From the NCBI GenBank assembly GCA_009602725.1, contig WELB01000013.1:504071-568070 (forward strand): DNA of 64,000 nucleotides, read 5' to 3'. A program made the position numbers and the translations under genes. How positions within the stretch are numbered: the stretch's first letter is position 1; the number at the start of each line of letters is the position of its first letter. Below, in pieces: positions 49,140 through 62,400 of this stretch. Source of the stretch: Spirogloea muscicola. Its lineage: Eukaryota. The notes below the pieces were generated by a model, which worked only from the letters and a program-made list of their open reading frames with translations, searched no databases and was not told the origin of the DNA.

Positions 49140-50330
49140 GGGTAGTCAGATGAAGGGCCTAGGTGGCCAAGTACAGCGGCAAGCACATTGATAGATGGAA
49201 ATCACCTGCGGCTAAGCTGACCGGCTCAGGGGCGTCGGGGAGGCCGGCGGGCCGCCCGAGGCCCCCGCGACCGTGCGGCGCGACCGCGCGTCTCCCCCAC
49301 GCGCAGCGACCGTGGACTTCGTGAGACAGACACCTCGTAGCTTGCTTCCACCTCGTATAGGTGAGACAGACTCGCATCTGCTGACGAGAGGTTACTGAGA
49401 GTTCGCTTACTGCTGTCTCAGTCCTTAGCACTCCGACTCCTTCAGACCTTGTCCATTCTTTTGGGCTGGCCTCTCCCAGCCACCAGTTAATCTGGCCGCG
49501 CTTGCTCGTATAGGTTACTGAGTGGTTGTCTTACGGCTGGCGGTCGTCTACACACCCGGCGCGCTGACCTGGTCGCCACCCCGCCGGGTCCCCGCATCGT
49601 CGCGGACGTCGTGACTACCGACTCCGTCGACTCCGCCAACCCCATCAAATCCGCGTCGGAAGCAGGTCACGCGGTCGGCAAGGCTGCCAGCGGCAAAGAG
49701 CGGAAGTGTGCAGATCACCCAGCCGACGATAAGTATGTGGCGCTGATGATGGACGTCCATGGGGCGTTCGGCAGTCGATCGCTGGACCTTCTGCAGCGGC
49801 TTGCACAAAGGGCCATCAATCGCCGGCAGGGACAGCAAGGTGAGCTGCCCGGCTTCAACGCCGCCTAGTCGCTTGCCCAGGTGTTCCGTATGCGGCTATC
49901 CATATCCTTCCAACGGTCCCAGGTCAAAGCAGTGCACTTGCGGGCAGGTCGTGCCATGGCTGCAGCCTTTGGGTCTTGTTGGGGTGCCTCTTTCTCAGCT
50001 GCAAGTTACTCCAAATTGCAGCTGCTGACTCGGGATTAAGCTCCCATTCGCTATAGTCTCTTCCAAAGCTGTGTGCATTTGGCGCCTTTCGGCCCTTTGG
50101 ACCTTGTTCACTCATTTTGGGCTGGCCATTCACAGCCCCCGCCCCCTTTGGAAGAGCCGGGAAAGCTTTGGGATAGGGCTTTTGGCCCCTTCGGACCTTG
50201 ACAATTCTCTTCGGGCTGGCTGTTCACAGCCCTCGCCCCCTTTGGAAGAGCCACTATCTTTTCATCACATCTAAGAAACAGCACTTTCAATGCAAGGCAA
50301 TGGCTGTGAGAGGCCACCAAAGGAATGTAC
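49140..50330 (+). mobile_element. CRE-like retrotransposon remnant (RLE domain at ~49545-50010 with an in-frame stop) plus tandem hairpin units
   Basis: HTRRADLV...ADVVTTDSVD...GKAASGKERKCADHPADDKYVALMMDVHGAFG...FNAA*SLAQVFRMRLSISFQRSQ. Two tandem hairpin units at ~50090-50255. Confidence 0.8.
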
Positions 50331-51602
50331 AAGGTCTGAAGGTCAAGTCGGTTGAAGATGTCGCGCTTTCTTTGAAAGATATTATTACTGACTCAAAGAT
50401 CTATGTGATGATAACGATGATATGCGTGAAGATAGCAGTGGACTTGCAGAAGGCAATGAGCATTTACATAGTACATTTAAATGTACATGTGTGGCGCGAG
50501 CTGTGCCGGCAGGAGCCCGCGGCAGCGTGCGGGTGGCGGCCTGGTCCCTAGGGCCCTCCGCCATGCGGATGTGACCTCGTGGGTGCTGCGGCTGCTCATC
50601 AGGGGTCACCAAGCACCCATCGATGTAGCCAATTTCTTTCTTTCCTCGCAGAGCTGTGAGACGCCTTCAGACCTTGTTCAGAAAGCTTCTTTCTGGGCTG
50701 GCCTTTCGCAGCCCTTGCCCCCCTCTGAAGGAGCCAATGTTTGCTGATGTTCTTGCCTGAGGCCTCCCGGACCTTTCAGTGGGCAGGTTGTCCACAGCCC
50801 TTGCCCTTCTTGGACCCTATAGAGGCTGGCATTGTAAAGCCCCTCGCCCCCTTCGATAGAGCTGCTCCTTGGCCCGTGTCCGTTCCTCGTTGGGCTGGCT
50901 TTTGACAGCCATTGCCCCTTCAGAGGAGCATTATCTTCCTGCCCACGCACATGGCCGCTCTTGCCCTGTCACTCTCCGGCCCCTCCGGAACTTGCTCATT
51001 CCTTTTGGCCTGGCCTTATATAGCCATGGCCCCCTCTACAAGAGCTGCCTCTTTCACAGTCGCCCGCTTTGAAGAACTTCTTCTTGTCGCTCATCACAGC
51101 TGCTTCTCGATGCAAAGCACGAAATTAGTGGCGTGTGCCAGATGGAGCCACTGGCGCATACCTGCGCACGTCAGCGAGTGGGACTGGACCGGCGAAGTGG
51201 TGGCACACGAGCTCTGCCATTGCATGTCGATGCCTATGTGGGGCCATTGACAATTGACAAGAACCATCATCTGTGACCCGCACAGTTGCCACCAAGACAG
51301 GGTATTTCAATTGAGCCCTTTGCATACAGACAAGGTGGCTGCCATGATAGGGACCCATGACATTTTGCGACACTTACATTGCATGAGTTAGGAAGAGGTG
51401 CTTCAGCGTTGGCCATTCATGTCACAGATGACGCTGTTCATATGTTTACACTCGTGGTGCTGAGCAGTGCTCCATGTAGGAGCCTAAATGGAGCTCAGGT
51501 CAGCTTGGAGTCATCAACTAGGCCGCCCATCCACAAGGGAGGCCACTTTGCGTCAGACTGTCTTTCAGCATGACTGTGTCTTGCAACAGGTCTGTTTAGC
51601 AC

Positions 51603-52168
51603 AGGACTTCTGAGGCAGAGCGGCCGGTCGCCGCTTCGGTGTGCACTGGCCTTTCCGTCCTTCTTGCCAGGGAGACGCGCCTGGCCTTCGCTGGCTGGGC
51701 CGCGGAGTCGGCGATGTTACTATGAAATAATTGGCGTCCAAAGCAGGCCTACGCTCTGAATACATTAGCATGGAATAACGCGATAGGACTCCGGTCCTTG
51801 TTTATTTGGTCTTTGGGACCGGAGTAATGATTGATAGGGACACTTGGGGGCATTCGGATCTCGTTGTCAGAGGTGAAGTTCTTGGATATAAAGGACGTGC
51901 TCCTGCAAAAGCATGTGTTAAGGATGTTCTCATCTGTCAAGAAGGAAAGTTGGGTGCTCGAAATCGATCAGATACCGTCCTAGTCTCAACTATAAACGAT
52001 GCCGACTGGGTATTGGCCGGATTGAATCTGATGACTCAGCCAGCACCTTATGAGAAATGAAGTTTTTTGAGTTTCCGGGGGAGTATGGTCGCAAGGCTGA
52101 AACTTACAAGAATTGACAGATGGGCACCACCAGGAGTGGAGCTTGCGGCTTAATTTGACTTAAGACGG

Positions 52169-52201
<33 letters not shown>

Positions 52202-52430
52202 TATGATTGAGAGCTCTTTTATAATTCTATGGATGGTGGTGCATGGCCGTTCTTAATTGGTGGAGTCATTGTTTCTGCTTAATTCCGTTGACGAACGAGA
52301 CCTCAGCATGATAACAAGTTGTACGAAGGTTCTGCTTCGTGGCCAATTTCTTAGAGGGATTATCGGCGTCTAGCCGATGGAAGCTTGAGCAATAATAGGT
52401 CTGTGATGCCCTCAGAAGGTCTGGGCTGCA
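51603..52430 (+). pseudogene. 18S: Decayed internal fragment of 18S rRNA gene (about V4 through helices after V7)
   Basis: AAAGCAGGCCTACGCTCTGAATACATTAGCATGGAATAA; CAGATACCGTCCTAGTCTCAAC; GGGGAGTATGGTCGCAAGGCTGAAACTT; GGTGGTGCATGGCCGTTCTT; GGTCTGTGATGCCCT. Many changes at normally invariant positions; no ITS or 28S. Confidence 0.92.
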
Positions 52431-52684
52431 GGCGGCCTCTTCATACCTCTTTAAGCCATTTAATTTTCAGTAACTCTTAAGCAACAGTGCATCCTCAGTC
52501 ATAAGAATGTATATTAGCTTCTACAGAGTGCAAGTTCTGCTCAAGTCGCAAATGCTTTACTCTTGTCTGCCAGGTTGGCTCGAGTAAGGAGGAAAAGCAT
52601 GGAACGAAAGATAAGCAACAGAAGCTCAGAAAATATGTCCCTCTGTTCTGAACAGCTCTGAAGTGGTTGCTTAGTCGCTACTAG

Positions 52685-55600
52685 TCAGAAGAATGTGTCG
52701 ATGAGGTCAATAGTAGCTTGGATGCTGTCCTCCACAATATCAAATTTCAGTAAAGAGCCGGTGTAGTATGTTTTCCGGTAACCTTGTAGTGCATGGAGCT
52801 CGGTCTCAAAGCCTGCAGCTATGGCTGCTGAAGAGGCATGAGGAAAATAGTCCCATAATTGAAAGTCCTGCAAGAGTTCAATGCATCCAGATGAGCTTTT
52901 GGTAGTAGCAGAATTGACATCTTTGCTGTTTCCGTCACATAGTAAGTCAAATTAGTCAATTTGAGGCCCTTTTGAAATGTCAAAGACCACAGCGACCACT
53001 AGTTCCCTGCTTTCCCTAGTCGATATTCTCATTATGTCGGTCTCAAGAAAGTCCTCTGAATGAGATCTTTGGTTCCTTGACTCAGACTCCTGCTGGATCT
53101 TACTTTGATGGCAGTAGGTCCCAGCTGTGCAAGGGTGGTGCCAGGGCCGAGCTTAGCGAGTGTGGCAAATGCAGTTGACTGAGCATTTGCACTACTCAAA
53201 TCGCTCGTATTCCGATTCCAAGAGTACAAGGTTGTCAATCGTCTCCCCGCCTGTCATAGCCACCTGTGGAATGAGACCTGCTACTAATATCTGGTTGTCT
53301 ACTCAGCTGCAGATAATTCATCAAGCAAGGAGTCTGGAGAGTTGAGCATATGCCTGGCACAGCTATTGATCCAGAATCTCAAATACCTTACCTACAACTT
53401 ACCTACAATGACTTTTACGACAAGATCCCAGAATCCTGAGTCTGCTTAGCACGTAGTCGAACTGAAAAGTGACCTATTAGCAAGGGTTAATTCAGCTTCA
53501 CCTCTGTTGTAATAGCGACAGGGCCGCCATTTCCCGGTGGCTCTGATAATGATGTACCGTTTAAGAGGGCATAGAGGGCAGATGGCTGGTTAAGTGCAAT
53601 GCGCCCAGTAGCTCCAACATCAATAAGGGTGGTTGAGTACCCGCTGTAAACAACCTTCAGTCATAAGATGGCAGCAAGTCAGATGCTAAGCTTCAAAAAG
53701 TCTCAGATAAGGTTTTCTGCCACCATAAGAAGTGAGAGAGGGGGGGCACAGAAATGCTCCAAGCTCCACAGAAGGGCTCTGCTATGACCACATAGAAGAA
53801 GATGGTTATTGCGAGCCCCAGAAATTGCATGTGTACCTGATTGAAGACAGCTGTTTCTTTGCTGTCAAGCCCCAGAAATTTAAGATTAGTCGCGATTTGG
53901 GGAAATGCTATGATAAGTTTTCTGCAGGTCATTGAGGACTGCGTTACCCTTCCCTTGAGGGTGCTTGTGAATTGTACAGTCGGGAGTCCTTTTTTAGGAC
54001 GGGTGACAGCAATCGATGTGTTTAGATATATGGGGCCTTTGACAGTCCCTGCCCATTCCTGAATCAAAGACTGAAAACCTCCTGGCTCATTGATGAATGC
54101 TGGTCCACGAGGGTCCACCAAAAAGGATACAATGCGATCTTTCGTCATGTACCTGCCAACAAAATGCACAACTTTAACGTTCCGAAATTCTTGAAGAAGC
54201 CCCATCCACTTTGCAGAGGCAGCAAGGCTTGCTCAAGTCAGAACCAGTATCAACGCGCAGGACAAGTGAATTACCTTAGCACATAAAGGGTGGGGGTCTC
54301 CGTCAAAGAGCCATAACCGAAGGTTGTCACAATCTCAAGAAAAAATGGGAGCAAAGGTTGCAGCTTATTCTCCACAAGCCAAGCACCAAAGGGAAGTGCA
54401 TAAGCTGCAGTACTGTTCTGGGCATTGAAGCGCCAGTCAGACCACAAGGTGACATACTGCGCGAGAGCTTGCAGTACGGCTGCTGTAGTACTTGGTGTTG
54501 ACAGTGATGCAGATTTGACCTTAAGTCCTGATCTCTCCAATGTAACAAGCAGATTGGGTGGTCACCAACATGAATAATGGCATTTCACAGCTAGAGCTCC
54601 TAGGCATATCTTAGGGGCTTAAGAGTTCGTGACCCTCAAGAGTCCTGCAAATGGCATTGAAGCTTGTAGAGCAGGCATGTTGTTGATTGCCAAGTTAGCT
54701 CGTCCACGTGTAATGTATATGCTCGGCAGTACAGACAGGCTGGTAAAGGTAAGTCAACAAGCACTTGTGAGTAGGAGAAGCTGCTAGACCTGTTTGAGGA
54801 TCGAACAAGTACGAGGTAAAATTCTCGTAAGCAATCTTGAAGTTGAATCTCTGCACAAGCCTCAGCACATTAGTGTAGTCCGTGGTGAGGAGCAGGGCCC
54901 CTTCGTCGTAGTTGAGTCCATCAGTAACATATCTGCAGGAATATCATAAGGCCGGGCATGTCAGGCCGAATAAGGCTCACTGAAGGTTGCTGACTGCATT
55001 CTGCAGGGCAGAAAGCTGGTATCTTAGTCTTCCCCAATGTTTGCCATGCCCAGAACTTCGCGATATGTACAGGAGACTGCATATAGAACACTTGTCAATC
55101 AGTGCTCGGATGAATGACCTCCTCACTTGAAGCTTTTGGTACGTCCACCAACATAGGCATTCTTTTCAAAAATGGCGACCGAATGGCCTTTGCTCTCTAG
55201 TTCGGTGGCTGCTGCGATGCCCGAGGGACCTGCTCCAATGATGCAGATTCTTTTGGACAGTTTGGCTTGGGCTTGCACTGTGGAGGAATGCCATTACAAC
55301 AGTCACACAGGTCTTACTGTGAGCGTCCTATTATGGCCAGAAACAAGATGCGACTGACAACGCTACATAGTCAAGGCCGGCAACCTTCAGAGAAGGGTAT
55401 TACGCGTCTCTAGAGCAGTCCAACTCCTTCCCTGGTCATTGAATGCTTGCGTACGATTAGCACCATGCCATTGTCACGCCGATATTTCATGAGGATGACA
55501 AGCAAGATGGACAGGCACCTTCACGAGGGCTGACTTTCTCTCGCTATTCTGGGTTCCAGCTAGTGAAAGTATCCGGAACGATATACTAGCTGGACAGAGG

Positions 55601-55719
55601 AGCTTGGATGAAGCTGGTCAGGTCGTCGGATAAGCACCAGCAAGCGTGGAGAAGAGTAGAAGCAGGCAGGAGAACGTCGCCAGGCGGAGCGCCGAGCGGC
55701 AGGCCGGCCGGGCGATCAT
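52685..55719 (-). CDS. Signal-peptide FAD-dependent protein, PAI-like, copy 2 (appears intact, 8 exons)
   Basis: MIARPACRSALRLATFSCLLLLFSTLA|VQAQAKLSKRICIIGAGPSGIAAATELESKGHSVAIFEKNAYVGGRTKSF|...YDEGA...|ALPFGAWL...TTFGYGSLTETPTLYVLR|YMTKDRI...|DFQLWDYFPHASSAAIAAGFETELHALQGYRKTYYTGSLLKFDIVEDSIQATIDLIDTFF. Confidence 0.87.
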
Positions 55720-57219
55720 CTTTGACCGAGAATGCTCCATCTGTGGCGCAAGTTGCACAGACAGCTGGCCGTCGCGCCTTTTGCAGTGCTCCCACGAGCG
55801 ATCACCAGCAGAGCCGGGGCGGCTCTTGGCCCGCAGCAGCAATGGCGGGCTCCTACGGGTGCTGTGGCGTGGGCGACGGCGCGGCAGTGGCGGCGGCGGC
55901 AGGGGCGGCGGCGCCTGCGGCAGGAGGGAAAGCTAAGGGCAGGGCGAGGTCACGGCGGGCAGAGTGGCGCCTCGGCTGATCGCCGGTCGGTGATTGGCAA
56001 CTCCGAGCGCCGGCTGGCGCCACCAACTGTTGCCATAGTATACAGATAAGCAAAGGCCCTTCCAGTTAATAGTGGAATGTGCATCGAATGATGGAGGAGG
56101 GCCTGAGTGGCTAAGTACAAAGGCAGGCACATCAGGAAATCGAGAAGGCGCGCGGTGCGCATGTTCTGAAAGGGTGGCCAATGTAAGCCCAAAACACCGC
56201 TCAGACAAAAGCTAGTGCGGAACTTGGGGCTTCACAAATCCAGAAGCAGGCGGCGACAGGCCCAGTCCCACGGGACTGGTGCACGCGATTGTCGGGAGTC
56301 AATGGCGGTCAGCGGCTGGGCCCCCGATCGTTCCTCTTGTCTGGGCTTTGTCGGCCCTTCCCTCCGTCATTTGCCCCGTTGGAACCTTTTGTCAAAATTT
56401 TTCAGGCTGGCTTTTCACAGCCCTTGCCCTCATTGGGACTGCCACTTCTCTTCACAGCCCTCGCCACCTTAAGCGTGACGCCTTTCCGCTTTTCTTTCTT
56501 TCTCTCTCTCCGCCCCTATAATGAGCTGTTTGTTTCAGCCCAGCTGCTTCTACCTCTCCCGGTGGCTCGGTCCGCCCGTTTCTGTCGCGCCGCGCCAGGC
56601 CGCCGCCGGCCGGGAAGAGAAGTGGCGCTCTCCCGAAGGGGTGCAAGGGCTGTGAACAGCGAGCCCGGAAAAATGACAAGGTCCGAAGGGGCCAAAAGCG
56701 CTGTCTCATGGTAGGATAGACCAACCTTAGCGCCGGTCTTAGTCGGTCAGTCGCTTATTGGCCTCGTCTTGGCCTCACATTGGCAACGAGTTTGACTCTG
56801 AGGCTCCATACAAAGCGCGACACGTACCCCTCAGCCGCGACCGTCTGACCAAAGTGTGAATGGGCCATTAGTAACCACGAGTGAGGATTCGCAAATCCGA
56901 AAAGACTAGCAGCCGAAAGCAATCCCCCTTAACGAATCCTGCCCGTCTCTGTCGCCCCCCCCGGAAGGGGCCGGGCGCAACGGGGACGAATGCGGACAGC
57001 CGCTGTCCCGCCATGTGGCAAGGCTCGGCGCCCCGGGACGCTTGGTCCGCCCAACCATCCCGGGCCCGCCCCGCTCCCCGCCCCCGGTGTCGGCTGGCGG
57101 ACGGCGTCAGATGCTCCGAGGCGCCCCCCCGTGCACATCCGGCTTGACGTGGCGCACGTGTGCCGCCCCCCTGGGGTCAGGGCCAAGTAACCGCCGCCGC
57201 CGCCACCGCCAGCGGGCAT

Positions 57220-57510
57220 CAATGTGCTAGGGTTTATTTTGACACCACAGCAGGAGTCGCGCAGGCTCATTCTTTGCACCAGAAAGCTGGTCCGGCCTCA
57301 GCTGGTGGCACAAGAGCTTGTCATTTGCCGTCCGGTATTCGGGCATCACTTAGCGACCTCCTTATGTGCTGCTCGTGGTTACTGAACGAGTCAGCTTAGC
57401 AGCAGGTGACGTACATCTGTCAACGTGCTTGCCTCTGTACTTGACCACTCAGGCCCTCCATCATTCAGTACACACTCCACTTCCTTTGGCAGAGCCACTG
57501 TTCTGCTGGT
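57220..57510 (+). mobile_element. Dispersed repeat (also ~24032-24175, ~49150-49230, ~56070-56135), possibly the decayed CRE zinc-knuckle region
   Basis: Shared nucleotide blocks across four sites. Conceptual peptide SLAAGDxHLSxCLPLYLxTQALHHS resembles the H-x3-C...H region upstream of RLE domains (inference). Confidence 0.45.
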
Positions 57511-57525
57511 ATGCTTGCCTGAGGA

Positions 57526-58244
57526 AGAAGTGGCTCTCCCAGTGGGGGCAAGGGCTGTGAGAAGCCAGCCCGAAAAGAATTGACAAGGTTCGAAGGGGCC
57601 AAACTACGAGCTAAGCAGCGACTGCGGGGCCTGAAGAGGCTATGGCAGAACGGGGGAGGATGGACCACTTAGTAGTTACGAGTGAGGAGCCTCACATCCG
57701 ACAGACTAGCTGCTGGTAAATTATCCCCCTGACGAAAGCCGGAGGCCGCAGCGAGAGCACGGCCAGCACGCAGATGCAAGGCGTGGGCCATGGACCGCTG
57801 GAGGGAGACGGACAAGCGCATACGATACACCTGAGCCCACGAGCCAGCGGCGTTGAAGTCAGCCGGCTCACCGCGCCTGCGGGACACAGCGCGCCGTGCA
57901 AGCCTGGCCAACAGGTCGAGCCAGTGGGATCCGAGAGCCCCATGCACGTCCACAGCCAGGGGGACGAACTCGTCGGCAGCCGGGTGGTCGGCGTGTTTGG
58001 CCGCCTTGCTGCGAGCGGCCTTTGCCGCAGCGTGGCCAGCCCGCGAGGCAGAAAGCCCCGGGTTGGAGCGGTCGACCACATCAGTGGTGACCACGTCGGC
58101 AATGATGCGCCCGCCACCGCCCGTCGTGGACGCCACCAGGTCGACGCGGCGCGTGTGGAGTCCGTCGGCCCTCTGGAGGATGGGCATGACAGAAGTATTC
58201 TCCATCGCAACTGTGTATCCGGCCTCCTGAAAGATGCCGAACAT
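57526..58244 (-). mobile_element. 5'-truncated CRE-like non-LTR retrotransposon: open RLE ORF (57669-58244) plus 3'UTR
   Basis: AGYTVAME...RRVDLV...ADVVTTD...AARSKAAKH...FVPLAVDVHGALG...RLSVSLQRSMA fit PD-(D/E)xK RLE motifs with a CRE-type 'LSVxLQR' end. The 3'UTR is nearly identical to 24698-24876. Confidence 0.82.
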
Positions 58245-59438
58245 GCCTGAGGCCTACCGACCTTTCAGTGGGCAGGTATTTCACAGCCCTTACCCTTCTT
58301 GGACCCTCCTGTATTTTTCGCCCTTTGGACCCCGTCACTTCCTTCCTGGGCTGGCTTTCAACAGTCCCTCGCCCCTTCTGGAAGAGGTTCCATTTATTGT
58401 AGGCTTGCTTTCCACAGCTCTCGACCCTTTGACAGAGCTGCTCCTTTTCTTGGCCCGTTTCCGTTCCTCGTTGGGCTGGCTTTCAGCAGCCATTGCCCCC
58501 TTGAAAGGAGCATCACCTTCCTGCCCACGCACCTGGCCGCTCTTGCCCTGCCACTCGCCGGCCCCTCAGATATTGCTCAACCTTTTGGCCTGGCCTCGTA
58601 CAGCCATCGCCCCCTCTACAAGAGCTGCCTCTTGCACAGTCGCCGGGTTTGAAGAACTTCTGGTCGCTCATCACAGGCTGCCTCTCGGTGCAAAGCACGA
58701 TCTTGGCGGCACGTCAGATGAAACCACCGGCGCATACCTGCGCACATCAGCCAACGGGACTGGACCAGCGAGGTGGTGGCACACAGGCTCTGCCATTGCA
58801 TGTTCAGTGCCTATGGTGGGCCACTGACAATCGACAAGACCCATCATCCTGCTGAGACTTGCAAATTGCCACGAAGACAAGGTGTCTAAACTGAGCACAT
58901 GCATACAGACAAGGTGGCTGCCAAGACTGGGACCCATGACATTTTACGACATTCACATTGCATGACTTAGGATAGAGGTGCTTCAGCATCGGCCAGTACA
59001 TCACAGACTACGCTGTCAATAACTATACACTAATTGTGCTGAGCAGTGGTCCGTGGAGGAGCCTAGAAGGTTCTTAGGTCAGCTTGGAGTCATCCATAAG
59101 GCCGCCCAGCCACAAGGGATGCACCTTCGCATCGATCTATCTATCTTCAGCTTAAATGTGTCTTGCAACGGATCTGTTATGCACCACTGGCAATGTGTAC
59201 CTCTTGATGCTATTTGACTTACAAGAATTTCTAAAGCAAAAGTAGATCCTCGGTATAGATGTATATATTTAGCTTCCAAAAATGCCAGGTCTGCTCAAGT
59301 CGCGAATGCTTCACTCTCGTCTGACAGGTTGGTTTGATTAAGGAAGAGAAAGAAAAGAGACAAAAATAGGGGCTCAGATGATCTGTCCCTCAATCCTGAA
59401 TAGCTCTGAAATGGTTGCCTAGTCAAAAACGTTCCCAG

Positions 59439-62400
59439 TCAAAAAAATGTGTCGATGAGGTCAATGGTAGCTTGGATGCTGTCCTCCACATCGTCAAATT
59501 TGAGTAATGAGCCAGTGTAGTAAGTCTTCCGGTATCCTTGTAGTGAATGGAGCTTGGCCTCAAAGCCTGCAGCTATGGCTGCTGAAGAGGCATGAGGGAA
59601 ATAGTCCCATATTTGGAAGTCCTGCAAGAGTATATAGTACACCCAAATGACCTTTTTGTTGTAGCAAGATTGACAACTTTGCTACTTCCGTAACATACTA
59701 ACTAAACTTAGTATCCATGAAACACTTCTGAGATGTCGAAGACCACTTCGACACCAATTCCCTGGTTTCTCTGGTCTATTATATGTCGGTTTCTGAAGAA
59801 TACTCTAAATGTGAGAATAAATATTTGGTTCCTTAACTCTGACTTCTGCTGGATCTTACTTTGATGGCAGTTGGGCCCAGCTGTCCAAGGGTGGTGCCAG
59901 GGCCGAGCTTAGCAAGTGTGGCGAATGCTGTTGACTGAGCATTTGCACTACTTAATTCTCTTGTGTTCCGATTCCAAGAGTACAAGGTTGTCAATCGTCT
60001 CCCGGCCTGTCATAGCCAGCTAGCTGAGGAATGAGACCTGCTACAGATATCTGGTTGTCTACTCAGCTGCAAATAAGACATCAAGCAAGGTATCTGGAGA
60101 GTTGAGCATGCGCCTCATTAAGCAATTGATCCAGGAAATCAAACACTTACACACGATGACCGTTTGAAAAGAGTCCAGAATAAAGAGTCTGCTTTGCACA
60201 TAGTCAAATTGATCAGTGTCCTATCTAGCAAGGAGATTTATTCAGCTTCACCTTAGTTGTAATGGCAACAGGGCCGCCATTTCCCGGTAGCTCTGAAATC
60301 GATGTACGATTTAAGATGCCATAAAGGGCAGATGGCTGGTCAAGTGCAATGCGCCCTGTAGCTCCAACATCAATAAGGGTGGTGGAGTACCCGCTGTAAA
60401 CAACCTTCAGTCAGAAGATGGCAGCAGGTCAGATGCTAAGCTTCAAAAAGTCTCAGATAAGGCTTTCTGCCACCAGAACAAGCGAGCAGGAGAGGGGGGT
60501 ATACAGGAGTGCTACAAGCTCCACGAAAGGGCTCTGCTATGAGCACATAGGAGAAGATGGTCTTTGCAATTGCAAGCCCAGAAATTGCAGGAGCGCAAGT
60601 ACCTGATTGAAGACAGCTGTTTCTTTGCTGTCAAGCCCCAGGAATCCAAGATTACTCGCTATTTGGGGAAATGCCACGATAAGTTTCCTGCATGTCGTTG
60701 AGGACTGCGTCATTTTACCCTTGAGGGTGCTTGTGAAGTGTACAGTTGGAAGTCCTTCCTTGGGACGGTGGACAGCAATCGATGTGTTTAGCTAAATTGG
60801 GCCTTTGACAGTCCCTGCCCATTTCTGAATCAGAGATTGAAAACCTCCTGGCTCATCGATAATTGCTGGTTGACGAAGGTCCACCAACAAGGATACAATG
60901 CGATCTTTCGTCACGTACCTGTCACCAAAATATCCCATTTATTGAATTTTGATATTCTTCAAGAAGCCCCATCCACTTTGCAGTAGCAGCCAGGCTTGCT
61001 TACATTAGAATCAGTATCAAAATAGGCAGGAAGGACTAGTGAACTCACCTCAGCACGTAAAGAGTGGGGGTCTCCATCAAAGAGCCATACCCGAAGGTTG
61101 TCACAATCTCAAGAAAGAATGGGAGCAAAGGTTGCAGCTTCTTTTCCACAAGCCAAGCACCAAAGGGTAGTGCATAAGCTGCAGTACTATTCTGGGCATT
61201 GAAGCGCCAGTCAGACCACAAGGTGACATACTGCGCGAGAGCTTGCAACACGGCTGCTGTAGTACTTGGTGTTGACAGGGATGCAGATTTGACCTTAAGT
61301 CCTGATCCCTCCAATGCAACAAGCAGATTGGGTGGTCATCAACATGAATCATGACATTTCACAGCTAGGAGCTCCTAGGCATATCTTAGGGGCTTAAGAG
61401 TTCGTGACCCTCAAGAGTCCTGCAAAAGGCATTGAAGCTTGTAGAGCAGGCATGTTGTAGATTGCCAAGTTAGCTCGTCCATGTATAATAAGATGCGCTC
61501 GGCAGTACAGACAGGCTGGTAAAGGTATGTCAACAAGCACCAGTGAGTAGGAGAAGCTGCTAGACCTGTTTGAGGATCGAAAAAGTACGAGGTAAAATTC
61601 TCGTAACCAATCTTGAAGTTGAATTTCTGCACAAGCCTCAGCACATTAGTGTAGTCCGTGGTGAGGAGCACGGCCCCTTCGTCGTAGTTGAGTCCATCCA
61701 TAGAATATCTGCAGAGGACTCACAAGGCCCTGGTCATGTCAGGCCAAATTCAGCTCGCTGAAGATTTATGAGTGCGTTCTGCAGTGCAGAAAGCTGGTAA
61801 ATTAGTCTTCCCCAAACTCTGCCAGGCCCAGAACTTCGCCACATGTACAAACGCTTGCATGTAGCACACTTAGTCAACACATGTTCCGCATCAGTGACCT
61901 CCTCACCTGAAGCTTTTGGTACGTCCACCAACGTAGGCATTCTTCTCAAAATGGCTACCGAGTAGCCTTTGCTCTCCAGTTCGGTGGCTGCTGCGATGCC
62001 CGAGGGACCTGCTCCGATTATGCAGACTCTCTTGGACAGCTTGGCTTGGGCTTGCACTGTACAGGAATGCCATCACAACAGCCATGAAGGTCCTACTGTT
62101 AGCATCCTACCACGGCCAGAAGTAGATGCGACTGAATACGCTTCATGAAGAAGGGCCGGCAACCTTCAGAGAAAGGTACTATGCCTCTCTGGAACAGTCC
62201 AATCCCTTCTCTCTTGATTGACTGCATGTGTATGCGTAGCACCATGCCAATGGCATGCGGATACCTTTCTTGAGGATGACAAGCAAGATGGACATGCACA
62301 ATATCCGAAGGCTGACACTCTCTCGTTGTTCAAGGGTCCAGCTAAATGTAGTATAGAGCACGCCATACTAGTGGGACAGAGGACTTGGCTGAAGCTGGTC

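Noticed and set aside
50090..50950. Hairpin units with variable spacers resembling a CRISPR array
   Set aside because: Eukaryotic context, no cas genes, units are diverged, irregularly spaced and in both orientations, and they match a retrotransposon 3'UTR.
51603..52430. Functional rRNA gene
   Set aside because: Internal fragment only, with substitutions in universally conserved motifs and no flanking rDNA.
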